A stretch of DNA of 60,302 nucleotides, counting the filler, from Hausera hauseri (Eukaryota): NCBI GenBank assembly GCA_046269625.1. It is 9 parts of 9 records of this genome, joined end to end, with 100 filler letters (N's around TTAATTAATTAA, not from the genome) between each part and the next. Parts side by side here need not be neighbours in the genome. Positions count along the whole stretch, not along the records: positions 46,840 to 51,235 come from JBJURY010601999.1; positions 51,336 to 60,302 come from JBJURY010495463.1; 7 more parts are not named here. The stretch is one strand, 5' to 3'. Positions 49,901-60,302 of this stretch are shown here, one piece after another; position 1 is the stretch's first letter, and the number at the start of each line of letters is the position of its first letter. The position numbers and the translations under genes are program-made. The notes below the pieces were generated by a model. It saw only the letters and a list, made by a program, of their open reading frames with translations. It was not told the origin of the DNA and did not search any database.

Positions 49901-50609
49901 CTAAACCGCCTTCAGCTGGTCCAAAACTCAGCAGCAAGACTCCTGACTCGAACCTCCAAATTCAACCACATCTCCCCGATCCTAGCAGAACTCCACTGGC
50001 TCCCTGTTCAATTCAGAATCAGGTTCAAAATTCTGGTCCTCACCTTCAGAGCTCTTCATGGCCAGGGCCCCACCTACATCAAATCCCTCATCTCCCCGTA
50101 CAACCCCAAACGCGCCCTACGCTCACAGTGTCAAAATCTTTTAACGATTCCTCAGACCCGCTTTAAGACTCGTGGTGACCGTGCCTTCGCCTCTGTTGCC
50201 CCCAGACTCTGGAACGAACTCCCCGTTAATCTGCGCTCCCTTGATAACATAGTCTCGTTCAAGAAACAACTGAAAACCAGTTTCTTTAAACAAGCCTTCA
50301 GCTAAACCATCAATAACAGCCTTCCCCCTGACTGCTCACCATCCATGGGTCCTTCCGTTCTAGTTGTCTTTCAATCATTCATTTCATGGAAACAACAACT
50401 CTAACATTCTGAGTTTTAATCTTAATTTGTACTCTTCCTATCGTTGGATGTATCTCCTTAAGTTGTTTATGTCGTTTTTGGGCATTCTTATGTTTGTTCT
50501 GTTTTCTTTACATTTTATCCTTTTCTTTTTACTCTAATAATGATTGTACAGCACCTTGTGAATCTATTTCTATGAAAGGCGCTTTATAAATAAACTTTAC
50601 TACTTACTA
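46928..50609 (+). mobile_element. Near full-length L2 LINE, teleost-like
   Basis: Single ORF, then a 3' UTR ending gtacagcaccttg...gaaaggcgctttataaataaac plus short tact repeats. Confidence 0.9.
46931..50305 (+). CDS. L2-clade LINE ORF: APE endonuclease plus reverse transcriptase, uninterrupted 1124 aa
   Basis: NARSISNK, VETW, IYRPPG, GDFN, SDH; NYRPISKLPFLSKVLEK, FQSGFR, LDLSSAFDTVDH, GVPQGSILGP, YADDLQLY; SNRIDYCNSL, HISPILAELHWLP. Confidence 0.96.
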   Translation: MAAPVFGLATTASYSRFFFVILRFFFLILTQTLSPTFFPSPLLDISVAAVSQLRYDRQSLLMIRKSMELPFSSWQDYHRTFPPPPFHYHSLPDLRLFSLPNRQGNPGRKHKKRGRRAGVSSQRRCPNGPGWAPHGNRPRRLRLLTGGRAHEGAPGTNHTRPFYTPAKSSSCRERNLIQIPLVPPQVPTSSPPLRMFLLNARSISNKALLLNDLFHSKDLDFMFLVETWQKKDEHFHLKELCSPGDAVIATPRLDRRGGGLAVVHRDFFSCWLVSTRTFFSFESQTIKLGSSPPLYCILIYRPPGPATNFLKDFADFLSSVIKLDRLLLLGDFNFHFDDADCSEARDFTSILDCFNFIQHVSGPTHQRGHMLDLVFSLGLNVENVCVEDLQISDHFGVLFDVNSVLEPPPPKEQIQKRIVKQDAITTFSASFDPSVLTDINQPDDFIHVLDNHCSTVFNACTVITTKTSAVKTTTPWINETIRSARRNCRQAERLWKSSRLEVHRLHLKELRSSLQSMIKDARSQYFAQLVSRFKKNPGALFGTIDTLVSPVVPPPATLSLASPNNFQTHFVNKIENIRRSILNQPPQAPFHLTTCPEVGLSPSWTSFDLETVNSLETIIQKMKPSGSPLDILPPRFLKAVYGAVGPTLADLLNLSLASGCVPGSFKKAVVEPILKKQSLNPSDLNNYRPISKLPFLSKVLEKIVSAQLIAYLDANNLHDHFQSGFRRSHSTETALLRVSNDLLMSADKGMYSVLLLLDLSSAFDTVDHTILIQNLSDIGISGIVLDWFKSYLSDRSFSVLLGQSFSDSAKLTCGVPQGSILGPILFLLYIRPLSQILKNFTDISYHFYADDLQLYCSFNDSTTHKLTSLKNCVTRVNQWLSDNLLLLNLDKTETLILAPEHKIPKIKEHLGSLSSTVQPYVRNLGVNLDSDLSLDKHIKNLVSSSNYQLRNISKLRPILSTSDLELVIHAFISNRIDYCNSLFTCLNQKQLNRLQLVQNSAARLLTRTSKFNHISPILAELHWLPVQFRIRFKILVLTFRALHGQGPTYIKSLISPYNPKRALRSQCQNLLTIPQTRFKTRGDRAFASVAPRLWNELPVNLRSLDNIVSFKKQLKTSFFKQAFS

Positions 50610-51235
50610 TTTAATGGCTAAAAAATGGATTTTGTATCATATGTACCCATTGATTGACATTTTGAACAAAATGAACTAGACAGCATATTGAGCTATACTG
50701 CCTTGATCTGTTGGGTTATACATAAAACATTCAACTTGTGAGTCTGAAAATTAAATTAGTTCATTGAAAGACACCAGAGAGGTATGCAAAGCTGCAGTAA
50801 ATGTCATCAGGTCACAAATCTTTGTTGTCTTTTTATTGTCATGAACAATCCATTGAAAATGGGCATATGATTTACTGTTCAAATTTGCCTTTTAAAATAA
50901 CTAACAGCAATGACATGCAGCTAGTGTCTAATCATTTGGAATAGATTATGCAGAGTTGTGGCATGATGAGAAAAAGAAATAGGACAAAAGCACAAGTTTG
51001 CAAATAAGAGACAATCTTCTGCCATTGATTTAGCATTTCCCGGCCTGCAAATTTATGGCTCCCTTCCACATTCCAGCTTATGCGAGAACAAGATTAAATA
51101 CTTTTGGAAAAGAGTTCTGGATGTTCTTCCTACTGTGGGTGGAACAGTTGATCTTTAAAAGAAAGTCACTAATAAAAATGTTTCCTTATGTTTGAAAATC
51201 TGTTTTGTTTTATCTTGAGAGTTAATCAGGTTTTT

Positions 51236-51335
51236 NNNNNNNNNNNNNNNNNNNNNNNNNNNNNNNNNNNNNNNNNNNNTTAATTAATTAANNNNNNNNN
51301 NNNNNNNNNNNNNNNNNNNNNNNNNNNNNNNNNNN
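51236..51335. other. Artificial contig linker
   Basis: Same 100-nt block. Confidence 0.99.
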
Positions 51336-52712
51336 ATTTCACTAATTGGTCTCAATGGTAGACGTTCTAGAAGCAAGATAGTTACTTTCAGTAAATATAT
51401 CAGAGAACAAAATATAAACAAGGTTCAACGTTTTGTTCATACGAAAACTTATTAGATCACATTCACTGTTCTCTTTTGCAGCTTTTTTACTTTTATTTTT
51501 GCCGCAGTTGCGGGAACCACCACAAGTCCATGTTTTGTTTGGGGCATGACGCCGCGCGGTTGTGGTGTTTGCCGTCTCGGTCCTTGCTTGACGGTCCTTG
51601 TTGGTTTAGCAGTCTACTGGTCCGCATTCGCTTCAATCGACATCATCATCCTGACCGCAAGAATAAAAATCACCTTTCAAACCAATATAGATGAAAGATT
51701 GTCATTGATATTGGCACAGGTTGATATATTAAGATTCTTCAATACTATTAATCACGGCATAGTAAGCGGTATCAACAATGAATTATTCGGAGGGGCAGAA
51801 GTTAGCTATATACATAAACTGAAAGGATACTTTATGTTCCGAAAAATCCTACCAGAAAACTGGGGTTGATAAAGTTTTCTGTTTTTGTGTTAGAAAAATT
51901 TGTTCACGTAACGAACAAATGCCAGAACCTTCATTTGATGGATTTCCTCGATTTTATCATAAAAATGATATGAACTTGTTTATAAAAGCTATATGTTTCT
52001 ATGTACAGATTTACGTTTACTTTTAAGTTGTTTCAAGAAATTGTTTTCTATCTAATCATTAATTATATGATTTCTGCCTTTTGAATTCTAAAGCTCTCGG
52101 TTACTTTTGAAGAAAATGTCGTAATAGTATTAAATATTCCTTTTGAATGAAACACATTTTATATTATGGAAGCATATTTTATATTATGGATGGAATTTCT
52201 ACCGTGTACCGATTGACCCGACCAACTATGGCCGAGAATGGTACTATGAGGTGTGGCTGATTTATCTTAATTACAAACCCTTTTACTATACTACTGAGAT
52301 TTGCTCTACGTCGGGACGAGATTAACAATGGTGTCAGATACAGTCGTATGATAAATATAGGCCAGGACCAATCATCGTGATGACATCCCTTCATTCGTTC
52401 TTTCAGAACACTGCAGATTTTTGGACTCTTAAAGGAAAAATAAGGTGGGTAAATTTACCATTTGATGGTCTTTGGCACTTGTTTACCACTGAACGTTGTC
52501 GTATTTTACTGATCCATTATATTGGTGCAGTATAAAATAAATTTTATATTGCGTTTAATACCATTCACTGTCATGATTTTATAAAAGAATTTCATTTCAT
52601 GGTATTTGATAGACGATACCGTAAATGTTGTATGCTGGCCGATAAAAATTATTCCAATACCATACAACATACAAACTAAATCAATACAATTGCTAGTGAT
52701 AAATTATTTGAT

Positions 52713-54134
52713 ATGAAAAATAAAATCAAACGAGTCAAACGGAAATATTTCCTGTTGTTCATCAAAATAAACACGTATATCCGGTCGAAATTTTCATCGC
52801 GCAGTATCTACATAGAATGCGACATCAAACCCGAATCATTCAAACTCGAATTAGGAAGATCGATTAGAACGCTCAGCAAAATATCAGTTAATCTGAACAT
52901 TAAATTTTCAACGAACGACCAGAAATCTCTATCACTCCGAATTAATAAAAACGCCGATTGTTTGAATGCTGCTGAAATGATATTGAAGAAAGATGATCGG
53001 AAAATGTGGCTAACGAATTTAATCGAGTATATAACAGCATCCAGAAATAAACTCGATTTGAAAATTTACACTTCGAAACCAATTATAATGACCCTTGTGT
53101 CTTGCGGCCGTGATAATAACGAAAGAACACTTGAACTAAAAGGCTTAACCGAAATAAACTGCCATTCCGGAAAACTGCTGATGGATCAGTTTGCATCACG
53201 ACTAGAATATGAATTTGCTAATCTGTCCATGAGAGTCTTAACCACATGGATTCCTGTAAAATTGCATACGACGGCCGACTCGAAAATCGATTTCGTATTG
53301 GATATGAAAACAAACAAAGAACCACACGAATTATATATGCATGTAAATAAACATTTTATCATATTACTTATGGCAAAAAACTACACAACCCATTTTAATT
53401 TTAAAATCGATAATCATAAGGAAATCTCAGATTCAGACTTACACTTTACACAAAACAGTTTTGACTTTAAAGTGAAAGGTACTCCAATTTTTGATATCTG
53501 GAAATCTTTCAACGGTAAGTTCGGTCACTAATCAATAGATACAAAAATCATAGTTGCATCAATATTTACACAAGAAAATACGGAAATGTACAACGCACAA
53601 TTTGACTGCGACGTATCAAATTTTGTAAAACTAGTATATGAAACTAAATGTGAAGTAATGAAATCCAGTACGTCGAATGTTGAATATTTTAGTCGTCCTT
53701 CAAAATTAACAATATGGTTAAATTCGTTGAGTTTTAACGGCAAACTAAATCCCGACCTATTCATCAACGATTACAAAATTAGAGATAATTGTGAATCACC
53801 ACTACCTTCCGCAAAATACATTGAAATACAAGGCGAACTGACAACCAATGAAAATGACACCAAAGATTCCGTAAAAGTGGTAATAAACGTTGCTAACAAA
53901 ACAGTAGAAGCCTGTATAAATTACGTTAAACGTACGAAAAAACTGACAATAGATATACTGCCATCATTGGCTTCTCAAATCGACAAATTTAGTGTGTTAT
54001 GTGAAACTGAAACGACAAAAATAGTTTTCAAACTTTCACAAAACGAAAATACAATCTTGGAAATCTTATACATTATGCCATCAAATGAAGCAGATAGTGT
54101 TTGCGCATCAAAAAGTATTGGACAATTTAAATGA
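52713..54134 (+). CDS. Unknown beta-strand-rich protein; two same-frame ORFs separated by one stop that lies inside a possible 24-nt intron
   Basis: 52713-53531 and 53586-54134 are in the same frame; alternating hydrophobic pattern only weakly suggests a lipid-transfer beta-sheet protein. Confidence 0.45.
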
Positions 54135-54274
54135 ACGGAAAAGGTACGATTAAATGTCAAACCTTCTCATTACAATGTAGATGTAGAGACACACATCTAA
54201 AAGAACGGAAGTTATTGCACGTCCGAAAACTTTGGTCACCTCCAGCTGACGAGCCGCGATCGGCGAGCGTTGAA

Positions 54275-57200
54275 TGGGGTGCCGACGCTTCGATTGGGCG
54301 GCCCAGGCGCCACCTTGTCGGATATTTCCCCTCGCCCACACTTCGAACACCACATTGCCCACCCAACTTATGTGAAAATTTAGTCCCATTTGCCTGTTAT
54401 TCGCAAATAAACATACAGAAACATTACATACGCCAATCAACAACTATCGCAAACTTATCCGGCGTGCTACAACGAGAAACATCCATTACCAATTTTCCTC
54501 TTAGTCTTAACGGCTTTTTTACAACAATTCGACATTATCACAAAATACACCCGCTCATCTTCGACACCTATACTGACTGCACACTACCGTGTTAGGTAGA
54601 TCCGATCCAAAAGCCTCATGTAACGAAGAACAAGACTTTTCCGACATTCCTACTATGAACGTATCTCTAAATTCACCTCTACACCCGTCATCTACCGTAA
54701 ACCTCCCTTGCGTAGAATACTTCGTTGACAAGCAACATTCCAGCCGCACATGGTTGAACTTCCATGCGGCTTGGTAAAAGTCTTTTCTTAAAGCAAACAG
54801 CTTGCTTATACTTTTGCCCTCCAACATTAAGTCGCAACTTTCCAACTTGTCGGAAATTTTTCAAAGCAGTGACCCATACAAAACACTTTTAACTCAATTT
54901 TAAACATCACAGAACCATCTCTTAATAACATTATCAACGAATATTTTAATAACAACACCATAGGCACATTAAAACCCTCAGAATTTCTTCAGACCTCATT
55001 AACTCAATTGAGTACTCTAGGCGTTAATCAATCAAACAACGCCTATTTACTACGCATGTATTTTCTGCACTCTTTACCCAGAAAAATACATGCGCTGCTG
55101 ACCACAGTAGAGGACACATCATCACTACTAAAACTAGCACAACTGGCTGACAAAAGCCACGAGATATTACATGCACATACAGCCCCATTAGTAGCCGCTA
55201 TCTTACAAGCACCAACAATTCAACATGTTAGCGATATAGCTAATCTGAATTCACAGATAAATTCTTTAAGTGCCGAAAACGCCAAAATACATCAAGCAAT
55301 TTCTGCACTCACGTTAAAAATCGAAGCTTTGACCATGCCTAGAAGAAATCATTTTGATGCGAACCGTATCCGCACTTCATCTCAAAATTCAAGGCATGCA
55401 AGGTCACCTACACAATCAATGGTGTGTTACTACCATACGAAATTCAAAAACCACTCGACTAAATTTTGCTCAGATAGCCGGTTTTATGCTCCCCATTTCA
55501 AATGTTCCGATATTATCTGCATTTACCACAATAAATTCAATTCTAAAGCACAGAACTGCGTTACAGGTTGCACATTCGTTAACCTATCTAATCCATCACA
55601 TTCTACGCCTTCCAACAACATAAATTCCGTGCCTCAAAAAACGCATAAAGCCGCCAGATGTTTCGGCACACGCAGGCACAGGCAGACGTTTTCATCATGA
55701 TAGCCGTACTTATGCCCTTTTTACATTAAAAGCATCTTTAACTTCCGAATACAATCAATCAATCAACTTCCTAATTGACTCTGGGGCGGATGTTTCTTTT
55801 CTACCACGATTCATCAAAACAATATCCATTTCTCCATCTAACACCAAATTGTGCACAGCTAGCGACCAAACGTTAAGCATTTTCGGCACGTCCAATGTTT
55901 CATTCACTTTACTACCATTCTCCGACATTTTCAATTGTACTTTGATTGTCGTTGACACACAATCTCCAATACTTGAGTCTGATTTTTTATCTTTCTACAA
56001 TCTCCTTGTATATTGCAGACAATGTCGGATCATTGAAAGCAGTTTAACAAAGCCAACCTCCAACAATAACCAACCGATCACTCAGACTATTTCACCTATA
56101 AAAACCATATTAAAAAATCCATTAACTAATGTGAATAAATGCCTTATTAAGTCCAATATAAATAGTGCTACGTTTTTGTTAAAGTTCGATTTAAAAACCC
56201 GATTTCTACCGTCCAATCAAGCCACTGCCATAAAAACAACAGCCTTTGCTACACTTAGCCAAGAAATGAAACAATATTTTACCAAATCTTGTTTTCACAC
56301 AATAAAAAAAGACCCATTATTTCGACTGGTTAAAACGACGCTTCATTATATAATCACAGAAAATCCTAGGACCGTTAGGCAGAAATTCCGCCCACTTTCA
56401 CCACGCCGTCGACACGCAGTACAAGCCGAATTCTTTGCACTACAGCAAGCTGGCATAACAAAACGCTCGAAATCACTTTGGGCATCACCACCCCACGTCG
56501 TCCTCGGAAAAGATGGCACATTCCGTCCATGCGGCGATAACGTCACTACCATGGATGCTTATCCTCTACCTTTGATTAAGGATACATTACATTCCTTACA
56601 CAAGACAAAATTCTATTCTACTATAGATCTTGAAAAAGCCGACCATTAAATACCGGTAGGCATTCATGCCGTTTGGTTTAAAAAACGCTGCAAAAACGTC
56701 TTAGCGGCACACTGGTTTAGTCCTCTCATGTTTGCTATTTGTATATCCGTAAATCTATGATATACTAGTTGCATCGGCATCGCCCAAACAACACAAAGAA
56801 CATCTCAGGCTAGTTTTCTAACGCTTGCACAACTACATTTTGCAAGTAAACTTTTCTAAGTGTTTCTTCTTTCAGAAAAAAGTCAATTTCCTTGGTCACG
56901 TCATCACACCTGATGGTCACAGCCTGATAGAATTCTTCAATTACGAAACATCGAACTACCAAAAACCACTACTGATATGTGTAGTTTCCTTGAGATTTTA
57001 TATTTTGTCCATAAATATGTCCTACACTGTATCCAGTTAACTGCTCCTTTAGATCAACTAGGAGCAGGGCCGAAGAAAAGCTCTTATATTGGACAACAGA
57101 ACTTGTTAACCAGTTCGATGGACTCTCGACAAGCTCAAAACAATCGAGATTTTATATTACCTAAAACCTGATTCTGACATCATTTTAACAACTGACGCCT

Positions 57201-59089
57201 CAACTACAGCAGTAGGAGCAGTTCTTCATCATATATCTCAAGGTATAAACGAGCCGTTAAAATTCTTTTCACGTATGCTCCAGCCACAAGAACGCCGTTA
57301 CTCCACCTTCGATAGACAACTCCTGGCCACATTTTTAGCTCTGAAACATTTTTCCCATTTGCTTATCGCTCGTTCCTTTACTATTCAAACGGACCACAAA
57401 CCTGTCGTTCACGTAATGAACACGAAATAACCATCACTGCGACAAGAACGCCATATTTCATATATATCAACATTCAACTTTAAAATTTGCCATATTTCTG
57501 GCACAGACAATTTAAAAGCAGATTTCCTATCCCGGTCAGTCGGGGCAATCAGTGTCACGCCTATATTCTCATAGAAACAACTGATCCAAAATTCCCCTTC
57601 CACTAAAATTCTGAAACAATACAAATCCGTGGAAATCATCGATGGAATAGCCATGAACACATCGACACATGGGCAATATTTAGCAATTTTAGAACCTTCA
57701 CTTCAACAAACAGCATTTAATTATATTCATTCGTTGCATCACTCAGGTTCAAAGGCTACATTCCGCATTCTCAAACACCAAGTAACATGGCCATCGATGA
57801 GGTCTGACGTACAGAGCTTGGTCAGGCATTGTGTAGCTTGCCAAAAGTTTAAGTAAATAAATATCTTAAGCCACCATTATTCAATTTCCCCTGTATATCC
57901 CGCTTCGAATCAGTTCACACAGATATTGTTGGCCCATTACCTTCGATAACGGCAGCCAATTCATCTTAACAATGATAGACCGCGAATCTCCTTGGCCTGA
58001 AGCCGCCCTTTGCGCTCCATCAATATAGATTCCATTGCTGATGCATTCATAAGGATTTGGATTAGCCGGTTCGGTTCACCTCGCTACATAATTACAGACC
58101 AAGGTCCCCAATTTGAATCGAATTTATTCAAATCTCTAGTTAATCGACTGGGAATAAATCACATACACACAACTCCATATCATCCCCAGTCAAACGGCTT
58201 ATTAGAACGCTTTCATCGCACTCTCAAGATCTCGTTAAAAATCCTGGCCGAAACCCATAATAATTGGACAACCATCCTCCCTTTTATCTTTCTGGGGTGG
58301 CACAACACGCCGGTTGCGCACCTATTGAAGCACTTTTTGGTACCGCAATTCGCGCACTTTTCGAGATCACTGACTTTGACAACACACCAACTGACGAAAC
58401 AATTAGATCAGCACAAAATCACTTTGTTCAGTTAAGTCAGGACTCTTTCTGTACAATAGTACAAGGCGATGAAACACATTTCAACGCAAAATTCATTTGG
58501 TTAAAAATCCGTCACCCTTTGGTTTCCAACCAAACTACATAGGACCATTTAAAGTCCTCAACGTTACCTCACATACAGTTACTATGTTAAAAAATGATAA
58601 AAAACAAAACGTTCACATACCTAACGTGAAACCCGCATTTTTTGTCAATGATACACCAGATACCTCAGCTAAGCCTTCGAAAACCTTTCTCGATTTCTTC
58701 GCTCCTTCCCTCATTCTACCTACACGACAACCTGCTACTCCAAAACCTGCATCAGTTCAAAAGACTATGCAGAACGACATACCAACCAGTTCTCATGCTG
58801 CTGATAATTCAAATCAAAATTTCACTTCCTCCCCACAATCGCAGTAAACAATCAAACAAGACATTAAAAAACACAAGACAGTCACTTTCAGTAAATACAG
58901 CAGAGAACAAAATATCCACAAAATCCAACGTCTCGTTCATACAAAACGCAATAACTCATTACTATTCTTTCCACGTTTCGCTAGTTCACCTACACTTTTT
59001 TGTTTTGTCTTCTTACTTTCTTTACATTAATACAGTGTCATCTTCGTAATGGGGGGTAGTATGGTGCCGCGGACTCGGGCGTCACCACA
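54275..59089 (+). mobile_element. Near full-length decayed Gypsy element, CsRn1-like clade
   Basis: gag KPSEFL...FLHSLP...LAQLAD with C-X2-H-X9-C-X3-C; protease FLIDSGAD; RT WASPPHVV..KDGTFRPCGD and IDLEKA; RNase H; integrase HPQSNGLLERFHRTLK and YIGPF; PPT 59051-59059; LTR end motif caccaca at 54348-54354. Confidence 0.92.
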
Positions 59090-60129
59090 ATCCAACTAGA
59101 GCCAGTCAAGTTCGCTATACTCAGTCGCTATCTCCAGTCGTACTTCTAGTTTGGAGAGTCAGAGTCTTAAAGAATCAGATTATTTTATCAGCACCACAAC
59201 AGGCCAAAGATAAATAATCAGAGTAATCAGGTTCATGAAATCAGCTGAGGTAAGGAAAGTGCAATATTTTGTATAATCGCTGAAATAATTGAATATGAAT
59301 TTGGCTCTACAATATCGCAACATAAAACATTAATAGTTACTTCAACAGTTTTCTCAATCCTGTTATTTATACTATATTTAATCGCGAATTCCGAAACCCA
59401 TTCAAAGAAATCATTTTTTGTGATTGTACAAACATTAATGCTCGGCTACGATCGGAATCTTACGCAGAACAATACGGAATCCATACGCATCATACGACTG
59501 CAAATTCTCACAATTCATCATGAAATCAACACAAATTCTCATCAAGGCGCAAATAATCGAGCTAATAGACGACGAAGCTCCGATCCGCTTACGTTAGTCA
59601 GTACAAAGAATAAACTACTTGCCTCTCAATCAAATCTTTCCATGAAAAATCTAAATCAAACCGTACCCGAGTCGTGATGCTTTGCGTCGAGACTTCACCG
59701 AATTCATACATGTCTTAAATCAATAAGTGACCATGTTTTTTATTTTTTTGTCATTTTATGCCACTGTGATATTTAAAACGTTATTTTAAAAGAACGAATT
59801 CATTTCCTTTATGAAAAATGGAATTTTTTCGGATAGTATTATTGAAGTTAGAATATTATTATGATATACTAAAGACAGAAAATTATTTCTTATGGATTTG
59901 CAGAGTTTTTGTACGTCTGTTGAAGGAAAATTTTCTATACCGTTAAGGTGCGTTATTCTTCAAAGAGAAAAAAGTTTATTTGTCGTGCTAAGTGTGATAA
60001 TCCTCAGACTAAATAAATATAAATAATTTTGTATATAAACGATAAATCGATAAAAGATTGTTAGAAAATTTTTGAAATAAAGCTTTGTTATGATTAACTT
60101 GGATTTTACATTGACTTTTTATACTGAAA

Positions 60130-60302
60130 TAAAACATACCTTTACCTTTCCGTCTGAGAATAGGCTGAATTCGATATATGTCGGGTTTTCTCGGTAAAAC
60201 CTGTAATTCTTCCTCATAGAATTTCCCTTGTATTATATCATTATTTTCATCTCTAATTACATACATCACCGGAGACTGTTTTGTATTTATGTCAGATATT
60301 TG
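60130..60302 (-). pseudogene. Polinton/Maverick integrase C-terminal fragment leading into the chromodomain
   Basis: PVMYVIRDENNDIIQGKFYEEELQ...YRIQPILRRKG matches remembered YxLxD..ExIxGxFYExELQ...YxIEKIL. Confidence 0.8.

Noticed and set aside
52143-52535. Trp/Tyr-rich reading frame with one internal stop
   Set aside because: No recognisable family or splice structure, so I cannot support it as a gene.
55635-55642. Programmed -1 frameshift site AAAAAAC at the gag-pol junction
   Set aside because: The position is plausible, but the heptamer is not in canonical phase with this gag frame and the copy is decayed.
1-60302. A single multi-gene system (RT + polymerase + ATPase + kinase), such as a retron or defence island
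   Set aside because: The parts are on separate contigs, and the RTs carry LTR or LINE domain contexts rather than bacterial ones.

Overview
This window is not one locus. It is nine eukaryotic contigs joined by eight identical artificial 100-nt linkers (44 N + TTAATTAATTAA + 44 N): A 1-8021, B 8122-14108, C 14209-18936, D 19037-23030, E 23131-27191, F 27292-40378, G 40479-46739, H 46840-51235, I 51336-60302. Adjacency across linkers carries no biological meaning. Most contigs are AT-rich DNA from an animal with motile cilia (HYDIN, an L-type Ca channel) and very short introns. Contigs E and H look like teleost repeat DNA, so a fish parasite with host carry-over is plausible (inference). Content: a large part of a spliced HYDIN gene, decayed Ty3/Gypsy elements of three families, hATm transposase remnants, four Polinton/Maverick gene remnants on four contigs, an intact-looking L2 LINE, MITEs, and pseudogene fragments (PDXDC1, Cav1, a kinase, ZNFX1). 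Best leads: (1) a Gypsy integrase reading in frame into a signal-peptide-led, env-like ORF; (2) HYDIN introns that are either 44-53 nt or long and filled with fold-back structure; (3) a symmetric inverted LTR-end/Ca-channel arrangement followed by a three-gene fragment mosaic; (4) a dense palindrome cluster at a contig end. I found no prokaryotic system and no CRISPR array. All family assignments come from remembered motifs, not database searches, and boundaries of decayed elements are approximate.
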